Of a stretch of DNA of 64,000 bases, positions 56,992 through 64,000 are shown one piece after another. Both the position numbers and the translations under genes were made by a program. Each line of letters starts with the position of its first letter. The first letter of the stretch is position 1. Below the pieces are notes generated by a model. It had not been told where the DNA came from, ran no database searches, and worked only from the letters and a program-made list of their open reading frames with translations. Source of the DNA: Akkermansiaceae bacterium (lineage in GTDB: Bacteria > Verrucomicrobiota > Verrucomicrobiia > Verrucomicrobiales > Akkermansiaceae); contig JBPOGF010000008.1 in NCBI GenBank assembly GCA_051251915.1, positions 32,001 to 96,000 of the forward strand. Reading direction: 5' to 3'.

Positions 56992-59502
56992 TTATAGTCT
57001 ATTTGAAAAGTTTCTTTCGGAAAGTGTGGCTGGTCTTATCTGCTCACGCTCCTGAACAAACTGAACACTAGGATCAGATTCGTCACTATTACTGAAGTGG
57101 CGGAAGCGCTTAAGCTTCTCAGGGTCATTGATCGCATTCTTCCACTCACATTCATATGTATTGATAAGGTGCTGCATTTGCTGATCTAACTCGTCGCAGA
57201 TCCCTAGTGAGTCATTGATCACAACCTCTTTTAATTTCTCAAGTCCTCCTTCAAGTTTGGTCAACCAAGTGGATGTTCTTTCCAACTTATCCGCAGTCTT
57301 GATATAATACATGAGAAATCTATCAGTATATTTGATCACTGTTTCGCGATCAATATCGGTAGCAAATAGATCCGCATGCCTTGGAGTAATCCCCCCATTA
57401 CCACCCACATAAAGATTCCACCCTTTCTCTGTAGCAATGATACCAAAATCCTTACTTCTAGCCTCTGCACACTCTCGAACACAGCCACTCACACCAGCTT
57501 TAAATTTATGTGGTGACCTAATACCGCGGTAACGCTTCTCCATATCGATCGCTAGCGTAGTGCTGTCCTGTACGCCAAATCTGCACCATGCAGAACCCAC
57601 ACATGACTTCACCGTTCTAAGTGCTTTTCCGTAGCCATGACCTGATTCAAATCCAGCATCAATGAGCTCAGCCCAAATAAGTGGTAGCTCATGCACCCGT
57701 GCACCTAAAAGATCAATCCTCTGGCCTCCAGTGATTTTTGTGTAGAGCTTATACTTCTTAGCCACCGCCCCTAGAGCGATCAGCTTGTCAGGCGTGATCT
57801 CTCCACCAGGTATTCTAGGAATTACTGAATAAGTGCCATCTTGCTGGATATTAGCTAAAAAAGCGTCATTCGTATCCTGCAGTGGCTGATGATCCAGAAT
57901 AGGGTTATTCCAGAGAGATGCAAAAATTGAAGCCGCAGCAGGCTTACACACCTCACAACCAAGCCCAGATCCATGCTTACTAATCAGATCATCAAAACTC
58001 CTAATCGATGAGACCTTCACCACATCATACATCTCTGCCCGAGAAAGATCAAAGTGCTCGCATAGTCGGTTGCTCACCACAATACCAGATTCCTTCATCT
58101 TCGCCTTAAAAAGATCCGTCATGAGCGGCACACAACCTCCACAACCAGTCCCAGCCTTCGTGCAAGCCTTGAGCTCACCTACTGATGTTGCACCATCTTC
58201 TATTGCACAACAGAGCGCCCCCTTCGTGACTGCCTCACAGGAACAAATCTGCGCTGCATCTGGCAGATCCATCACTCCTATTCCAGCTTGCTCTCCACCG
58301 CCAGCAGGTGAAATCAGCTGGATAGGCTCAGGCGGTAGCGCCATCTGGTTCTGGTAGATTTGTAGCAAACCACCATAAGCATCCGCATCGCCAACTAAAA
58401 TCCCGCCAAGCAGAAGTTTACCATCTCCAGAGACCACCAGCTTCTTATAAATTCTTGTATGAGCATCATGGATTACAATTTCCCTAGCTCCATCTTTCGC
58501 CTCTATCTCACCAAAGCTAGCCACATCCGTGCCAATCAACTTCAGCTTAGTAGACATATCCGCCCCATCAAAACTATCCTCAGTCTCAGTAAGCAAATTA
58601 GCAACCGCATCAGCCATCTGATACCCCGGTGCCACCAACCCATAGATCATATTTTCATACAACGCACACTCCCCGATAGCGAAAATCTCAGGATCAGAAG
58701 TCAGCAGAAAACTATCCACCTTTATCCCCCCTCTCTCTCCCACTTCGATCCCCGCTTCTCGCGCAAGTTCATCACGCGGACGGATACCAGCAGAAACAAT
58801 GATCATATCAACAGCCAACTCAGACTCATCCGCAAATACCATCTTAGACACAGATTCTTCACCCGCTATCTCCTTCGTATTCATATTCAGATGCACATCA
58901 ATCCCTCTTTCCTCAATGATCCCTTTAAGAAGAGCTCCACCTGCTGCATCTAGCTGCCTAGGCATGAGACGAGGAGCAAACTCCACAACATGAGTCTTCA
59001 ACCCCAAATCCTGCGCAGCCTTAGCGGCCTCAAGCCCCAGTAAACCTCCACCAATCACCGCACAGCTTTTAGACTCCTTTGCGTATGCTTTGATCTGGTC
59101 TAAATCTTCAATAGTTCGGTAAACAAACACCCCCTTTTTATCGATCCCTGGAACTGGAGGAACAAAAGGAGCAGAGCCTGTAGCCAAGACCAGCTTATCA
59201 TAGCTCACAGTCTTACCAGCAGACGAGATCACTTGCTTATTCACTCTATCTATCTGCACTACCTTCTCACCAATATAAAGCTCTATACCATTGTCTTCAT
59301 ACCAGTTAAGACTATTCATATACAAGTCTTCAGCAGACTTATCTGAGAAATATTCAGAGAGATGAACTCTATCATAGGCCGGGCGCGGTTCTTCACAAAA
59401 TGTAACCAGTTGGTATTTGCTCTTAGTATCTTTTTCTAGAAACCTCTCACAAAATTTATACCCCACCATTCCGTTCCCTACTACTATGATTTTTTGCTTC
59501 AT
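56992..59502 (-). CDS. nirB: Assimilatory nitrite reductase (NADH) large subunit
   Basis: VGNGMVG, YDRVHLS, GGGLLGLEAA, BFD-like Cys motifs, KSCVG..WCRFG, SGC.RECAE; start MKQK at 59502. Confidence 0.96.
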   Translation of the reverse strand: MKQKIIVVGNGMVGYKFCERFLEKDTKSKYQLVTFCEEPRPAYDRVHLSEYFSDKSAEDLYMNSLNWYEDNGIELYIGEKVVQIDRVNKQVISSAGKTVSYDKLVLATGSAPFVPPVPGIDKKGVFVYRTIEDLDQIKAYAKESKSCAVIGGGLLGLEAAKAAQDLGLKTHVVEFAPRLMPRQLDAAGGALLKGIIEERGIDVHLNMNTKEIAGEESVSKMVFADESELAVDMIIVSAGIRPRDELAREAGIEVGERGGIKVDSFLLTSDPEIFAIGECALYENMIYGLVAPGYQMADAVANLLTETEDSFDGADMSTKLKLIGTDVASFGEIEAKDGAREIVIHDAHTRIYKKLVVSGDGKLLLGGILVGDADAYGGLLQIYQNQMALPPEPIQLISPAGGGEQAGIGVMDLPDAAQICSCEAVTKGALCCAIEDGATSVGELKACTKAGTGCGGCVPLMTDLFKAKMKESGIVVSNRLCEHFDLSRAEMYDVVKVSSIRSFDDLISKHGSGLGCEVCKPAAASIFASLWNNPILDHQPLQDTNDAFLANIQQDGTYSVIPRIPGGEITPDKLIALGAVAKKYKLYTKITGGQRIDLLGARVHELPLIWAELIDAGFESGHGYGKALRTVKSCVGSAWCRFGVQDSTTLAIDMEKRYRGIRSPHKFKAGVSGCVRECAEARSKDFGIIATEKGWNLYVGGNGGITPRHADLFATDIDRETVIKYTDRFLMYYIKTADKLERTSTWLTKLEGGLEKLKEVVINDSLGICDELDQQMQHLINTYECEWKNAINDPEKLKRFRHFSNSDESDPSVQFVQEREQIRPATLSERNFSNRL

Positions 59503-59514
59503 AGAGTAGTTATA

Positions 59515-59530
59515 AGCAGTAGCCATACCA
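59515..59530 (-). promoter_or_regulatory. sigma54-like -24/-12 promoter of nirB
   Basis: TGGTATGGCTACTGCT (GG-N10-GC); predicted +1 about 59504, 2 nt before ATG. Confidence 0.55.
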
Positions 59531-59540
59531 TCACACATTA

Positions 59541-59569
59541 ATCCCGCTCATGAAATAAATGAGCGGGAT
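59541..59569. repeat. Perfect 11-bp inverted repeat between the porin gene and nirB (terminator or operator)
   Basis: ATCCCGCTCAT-N7-ATGAGCGGGAT; no strong U-tract. Confidence 0.7.
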
Positions 59570-59579
59570 CAAATGAAAA

Positions 59580-60821
59580 CTAAAAGCTATAGTCTAGCTG
59601 TAGAGAAAATTGACTTATATCGTTCTGAAATACACTGTCATCATCCCCCATAAAGTAGGCAAATTTACCAATGATCTTAGTATTCTCATTGATCGGCTTT
59701 ACAGCTACGAGGTCAGCTTCCCACCCGTAACTACTAGAAAGAGAATCATCACGGAAATGGTGCAACGAACCTTTAAGCACTATATCATCAGCAACCTTCG
59801 TGACCGCTTTAAGATAAATATCATTCAAACCGTCCCAAGAATCAGCCAAACCGAGCCGATTTCCAATAAACGCATCGGCGAAACCATTATAAGCATGAAC
59901 CGTTGCCAAAGGAGTTACAAAACCATCTCCTAAATGCTCCACACCAGCAGTGAATGAAACACTACCAACTTTCTTTATGAAAGAAGCAGCTCCATACAGG
60001 GCATCATAGTCCGCCTTGCTCCCAGCCTCAGTTTGATAAGCAAATTCCAAATGATACATCCCTGAAGACTTCTTTAGATCCGTATACACACCATAAGTAT
60101 TGTTACTCGCATTGACCGGAAAACCTGCCCCTTGATCAGAAAAATCCATCAAATAAGCGTATCCTCCAAACTTATCGTCCCCTTTCGCTAGTGATGCATT
60201 TAACAAATGAACATCCCCTTCTAGCGCTTGCACGGCCCCAGATCCATCCACCCCGAAAATACGGTTTACTTGATTAGCGTAAGCGTAAAACACATTAAAA
60301 TCTGATTGCTTGTAGTTGAGTGAAACAGCATCATAAGTCTGCTCATTTTGTCGCCAGCCCACATTACCAATGAACGCTGCACTATCTAGAATGATCCGTT
60401 GCCGTCCCACCTTACCTGTAAAATTATCATTTGAATATTTGAGGAAGACTTGATTAATCTCATTTGTCTCAGGATCTGAAATAACCGTATTATTCGCCTC
60501 AAACGGAGTGAAATTTGCACTCTGAGGAGTCCCCACCTGATAATCATCAACCAGAGCCAAAGTATTCTCAGACTCTACATAAAAACTAAGCGCCTCATCA
60601 GGAAAAAGCTCAAAACCAGGTCTCAACCTTAAAGTAACCGCGTGTGACGCGTCAAATCCTTGCTCATTCCTAGCCTCATAACGAAGACGAGCATTAGCAA
60701 AAAACTTAATAAAATCTGGGCCTTTTTCCGGTGTGACACTGATCGCTTCATGCTCGCCTGCTTGAGCTGAATGAATCAAAATACCTGAATACACTACTGT
60801 TGCTGCTATTTTCTTTAACAT
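59580..60821 (-). CDS. Outer-membrane beta-barrel, alginate-export family (putative nitrate/nitrite porin)
   Basis: Signal peptide, RLRYE, GRQRI.LD..FIGNVGWRQNEQTYD, TPLAT.H..NG.AD.F, C-terminal YSF. Confidence 0.8.
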   Translation of the reverse strand: MLKKIAATVVYSGILIHSAQAGEHEAISVTPEKGPDFIKFFANARLRYEARNEQGFDASHAVTLRLRPGFELFPDEALSFYVESENTLALVDDYQVGTPQSANFTPFEANNTVISDPETNEINQVFLKYSNDNFTGKVGRQRIILDSAAFIGNVGWRQNEQTYDAVSLNYKQSDFNVFYAYANQVNRIFGVDGSGAVQALEGDVHLLNASLAKGDDKFGGYAYLMDFSDQGAGFPVNASNNTYGVYTDLKKSSGMYHLEFAYQTEAGSKADYDALYGAASFIKKVGSVSFTAGVEHLGDGFVTPLATVHAYNGFADAFIGNRLGLADSWDGLNDIYLKAVTKVADDIVLKGSLHHFRDDSLSSSYGWEADLVAVKPINENTKIIGKFAYFMGDDDSVFQNDISQFSLQLDYSF

Positions 60822-60836
60822 AGTGATTTACGTTAC

Positions 60837-60853
60837 AGCAAGTTTTAGACCTA
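60837..60853 (-). promoter_or_regulatory. sigma54-like promoter of the porin gene
   Basis: TAGGTCTAAAACTTGCT (GG-N10-GC; perfect -12, weak -24); predicted +1 about 60826. Confidence 0.45.
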
Positions 60854-60898
60854 GATCAAAACAACCCCCTCATCTAATTAATTAATCCAATTCATGTA

Positions 60899-61807
60899 TC
60901 ACACAAGACACCTTTCTAGATTCTCTGTAAATATCGTCAAAAAGTTTTCCTCCACTAAGGAAAGTGACTTAGACTTACTAATGTAGTATCCCCACTCTCT
61001 AACAGGAGCAGGAGAAATCTCATGTTTCACCAGATTACCTTTTTCTAATTCACGCTTAGCAATCCATTCTGAGATAATTCCGACTCCAATATTGAGAGCC
61101 ACCATCTCTTTAATAGACTCCATATTCCCCATCGCTAAAGTAGCTCGTTGCTTAATGCCTATACCTGATAAGTGTGAGGTCAGGATATGATTGGTTACAG
61201 TGTCATTCCCATAAGTGATGAACCTCTCTTTAGCATATTCCTCAGAACGCTCCGGTACTCTCTTACACCATGGGTGCTCAGGAGCAGTGATAAAGCACAG
61301 CTTGTCTTCACCTAACTTTACGAATGGGTGAATTGCTGAATGAAACCTAGAATACAGACCAAATGCAAAATCCAGTTCACCGCTCTCTAGTTTCTTGATC
61401 AAGTCAGCAGTATCCCCAATTGTTATAAAGACCTCGCATCGGCTTTCTTTCTCATAAAATTTAGATAATGTCCCAGGCATCACATACTGACACAAAGTAC
61501 TACTCACCCCGATCCTCAAAGAACTATACCCCCAATCATTCAACGTGGTTATCTTAGAAGTGGCACTCTCTAACTGGAGCAATGCTTTCTTAGCATGAAA
61601 AAGAAAAACCTCACCATGAGGAGTCAGAATGCATTTCTTACCCAAGCGCTCTATTAGTTGGCATCCTAGTAATCCTTCTAAAGACTTTAATGAATGACTC
61701 ACTGCTGATTGAGTGATATTGAGAAGGTTAGCGGCAGCGGTAAACGATCGCGTTTCTTCTAAAGAGATAAAAACTCTTAACTGGCGTATTTCAGGAAGCT
61801 GTATCAT
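60899..61807 (-). CDS. LysR family transcriptional regulator in the nitrate cluster
   Basis: SFTAAA.LL.ITQSAVSH.LK.LE; E.IKEMV..NIG; start ATG 61807 or GTG 61819. Confidence 0.92.
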   Translation of the reverse strand: MIQLPEIRQLRVFISLEETRSFTAAANLLNITQSAVSHSLKSLEGLLGCQLIERLGKKCILTPHGEVFLFHAKKALLQLESATSKITTLNDWGYSSLRIGVSSTLCQYVMPGTLSKFYEKESRCEVFITIGDTADLIKKLESGELDFAFGLYSRFHSAIHPFVKLGEDKLCFITAPEHPWCKRVPERSEEYAKERFITYGNDTVTNHILTSHLSGIGIKQRATLAMGNMESIKEMVALNIGVGIISEWIAKRELEKGNLVKHEISPAPVREWGYYISKSKSLSLVEENFLTIFTENLERCLV

Positions 61808-61910
61808 ATGAATTCTCACTCAGCAGTAAGCGCACCAACTTCGCCAAGAAAACCAATAAATGAAATCCATTCATCGAAACCAGTTGACCCAAGAATACTT
61901 ATAACTGAAA

Positions 61911-61927
61911 TTGGCACGCTCATTGCT
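61911..61927 (+). promoter_or_regulatory. Consensus sigma54 promoter of the nitrate transporter
   Basis: TTGGCACGCTCATTGCT matches TGGCAC-N5-TTGC exactly; predicted +1 = 61938. Confidence 0.85.
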
Positions 61928-61937
61928 AATCATCTTT

Positions 61938-63407
61938 GTGCCCAATAAACTAAATATACTAAAAATTAAAGAATCCAATATTCGAACCCTTCACCTAACA
62001 TGGTTCGCGTTCTTCCTAACATTTGTCCTTTGGTTCAGTCATGCTCCATTAGGTGAAGTACTAAAAGAAAGTTTCAACTTAACCAAAGCTCAGTGGAAAG
62101 CCCTACTCATATTGAACGTAGCGCTTACCATCCCTGCTAGGGTAATAGTGGGAATGCTGGTAGATAAGCTAGGACCTAGGAAAACCTACAGCAGCCTACT
62201 CATGATATCAGGTGTCCTGTGTGCATTATTTGCCTCAGCACAAACTTATGAACAGCTAGCTATCACCAGATTCCTTATGGGATTCGTAGGAGCTGGATTC
62301 GTTATCGGTATCAGAATGATCGGTGAATGGTTCCCAGCCCGCCAAGTCGGCCTAGCCGAAGGCATCTACGGAGGTTGGGGTAACTTTGGCTCAGCATTCG
62401 CGGCCATGACCATCCCAACAATCGCATTAATTTTCGGCGGTGAGAATGGTTGGAGATACGCACTATACAGCCTCTCCGTCATCACATTCATCTACGGCAT
62501 ATTCTACTACAAAGTCGCTAGAGACACCCCAAAAGGAGCCACATACTTCAAGCCTAAAAAGGTTGGTGGTCTAGAAGTTAGCAATCCTCGCGACTTCTAT
62601 TTCCTCATCATCATGACCATACCCATGTATGCAGCTCTCGCTATCCTAAACTGGAAACTCTCACCCACAGGTGTTGCCTTACTAAGCCATACAGCCGTGA
62701 ATCTGATTTATGGAGGATTGATTCTACTCTTCATTTTCCAATTCTCACAAATTCACAAGGTCAATAAAACCATGCTTAAAGACGGCGGCGTGCCAGACAT
62801 GTTCCGTTATAAATTTAAGCAGGTCGCTATTCTCGACCTTAACTACTTCATCACATTTGGATCAGAACTCGCCGTGATTTCAATGCTCCCATTCTTCTTC
62901 ATGGAGACGTTCAACCTCACAGGCGTGCAAGCAGGTCTCCTAGCATCAGCCTTCGCCTTTATGAACTTAGTAGCTCGCCCTGCTGGCGGACTCATCAGTG
63001 ATAAATTTGGCAGACGCAAGAGCATGCTCATCTTCTTAGTCGGTCTCGCCACCGGATACGCCATCATGGGATTCATCGATTCTACATGGGCCATTCCTCT
63101 CGCGGTGATCGCTACCATGTTCTGCTCATTCTTCGTGCAGTCTGGTGAAGGGGCAGTCTTCGCAATGGTTCCCCTAGTTCAACGCCGCATGACTGGTCAA
63201 ATCGCCGGCATGGCAGGAGCATATGGCAACGTAGGTGCTGTGGTTTTCCTCACAGTCTTCTCATTCGTAGACGCCTCCACATTCTTCTTCATTATCGCCT
63301 GCTCAAGTGCTATAGGTTTCATAGCAACCTATTTCCTTGAAGAGCCAGAAGGCCACGTAGCTGAAGTAATGCCAGACGGCTCCATCGAGCTGATCGACAT
63401 CTCATAA
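61938..63407 (+). CDS. narK: NarK/NRT2 family MFS nitrate/nitrite transporter
   Basis: [17 protein letters not shown]...WFP...[41 protein letters not shown] 61938 is preferred to TTG 61911, which lies inside the promoter. Confidence 0.92.
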   Translation: MPNKLNILKIKESNIRTLHLTWFAFFLTFVLWFSHAPLGEVLKESFNLTKAQWKALLILNVALTIPARVIVGMLVDKLGPRKTYSSLLMISGVLCALFASAQTYEQLAITRFLMGFVGAGFVIGIRMIGEWFPARQVGLAEGIYGGWGNFGSAFAAMTIPTIALIFGGENGWRYALYSLSVITFIYGIFYYKVARDTPKGATYFKPKKVGGLEVSNPRDFYFLIIMTIPMYAALAILNWKLSPTGVALLSHTAVNLIYGGLILLFIFQFSQIHKVNKTMLKDGGVPDMFRYKFKQVAILDLNYFITFGSELAVISMLPFFFMETFNLTGVQAGLLASAFAFMNLVARPAGGLISDKFGRRKSMLIFLVGLATGYAIMGFIDSTWAIPLAVIATMFCSFFVQSGEGAVFAMVPLVQRRMTGQIAGMAGAYGNVGAVVFLTVFSFVDASTFFFIIACSSAIGFIATYFLEEPEGHVAEVMPDGSIELIDIS

Positions 63408-63453
63408 TCACAACATCAGAAAAACTACACCACTACGCACAACTGCCCCTAGA

Positions 63454-64000
63454 ATGATAAGCCCACAAAAAACACTTACTATTTCTGTGGGGCAGTTTTC
63501 CACTAAAGGAAAGAAATCTACTAACGAAGACTGTCTCGGAGTAAAAATACCAGACACTCAAGATCAACTCATTAAAGGTATCGCTGGAGTCATTGCCGAT
63601 GGCGTAAGTGATGCCACTGGCGGTAAAGAAGCCGCTGAAATGTGCGTCAAAGGATTCCTTTACGACTACTTCAGCACCCCAGACTCATGGACTGTCAAAA
63701 CCTCAGGCCAAAGAGTCATCAACGCACTAAACCGCTGGCTCTACAGCCAAGGACAAACTAACGGACTCGCCGAGGAGAAAGGCTATCTCTCCACCATGAG
63801 CTCCATCGTTTTAGTTGGTAAAACAGCCTATATATTCCATATCGGAGACAGCCGCATCTACCGCATCAGAAGCAACAACATTGAGCAACTCACCAGAGAT
63901 CACACCTCCCAAATCACCAACAAACCAAAATATTTGAACCGCGCAATGGGGCTCGATGTCTCAGCAACGGTCGACTATCACGAAATAAACGTCGAAGAAG
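63454..64000 (+). CDS. PP2C-type phosphatase domain, probably the N-terminus of a bifunctional Ser/Thr phosphatase-kinase; partial
   Basis: Manual translation: MISPQKTLTISVGQFS..NED..VIADGVS..GG.EAA..DYFSTPDSW..LNRWL..HIGDSRIY..QLTRDH..LNRAMG. Confidence 0.85.
   Translation, partial: MISPQKTLTISVGQFSTKGKKSTNEDCLGVKIPDTQDQLIKGIAGVIADGVSDATGGKEAAEMCVKGFLYDYFSTPDSWTVKTSGQRVINALNRWLYSQGQTNGLAEEKGYLSTMSSIVLVGKTAYIFHIGDSRIYRIRSNNIEQLTRDHTSQITNKPKYLNRAMGLDVSATVDYHEINVEE

Overview
This is a gene-dense bacterial chromosomal window with about 60 CDS and no rRNA, tRNA, CRISPR array, IS element or prophage that I can see. Gene content suggests a marine Verrucomicrobiota genome, probably Rubritalea/Verrucomicrobiaceae-like (inference from a DUF1552/DUF1592 pair, DUF5069, TIGR04073- and CAAX-type exosortase-associated proteins, and two sulfatases). 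Housekeeping genes include glgP, polX, a RecQ-like helicase, rlmD, leuB, rpsU, trpD, miaB, selA, ndk and 2-oxoacid dehydrogenase E1a/E1b/E2. The window also holds a two-component system, a PhnCDE-like (putative selenate) ABC transporter and the start of a nitrate/nitrite assimilation cluster. The most notable signals beyond the gene list are: (1) a recurring 13-mer AAAACTTACCYCT in linkers and right after stop codons; (2) three sigma54-type, essentially leaderless promoters with shared LysR-type boxes in the nitrate cluster; (3) an orphan ParA coupled to a Roadblock-like partner; (4) an OmpR-type tandem repeat in front of a secretin-fragment/kinase/regulator operon; (5) extreme but patchy C-over-G strand skew; (6) widespread leaderless gene starts; (7) an unannotated 37-aa membrane ORF. 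All family assignments come from motif recognition by eye, not database searches.
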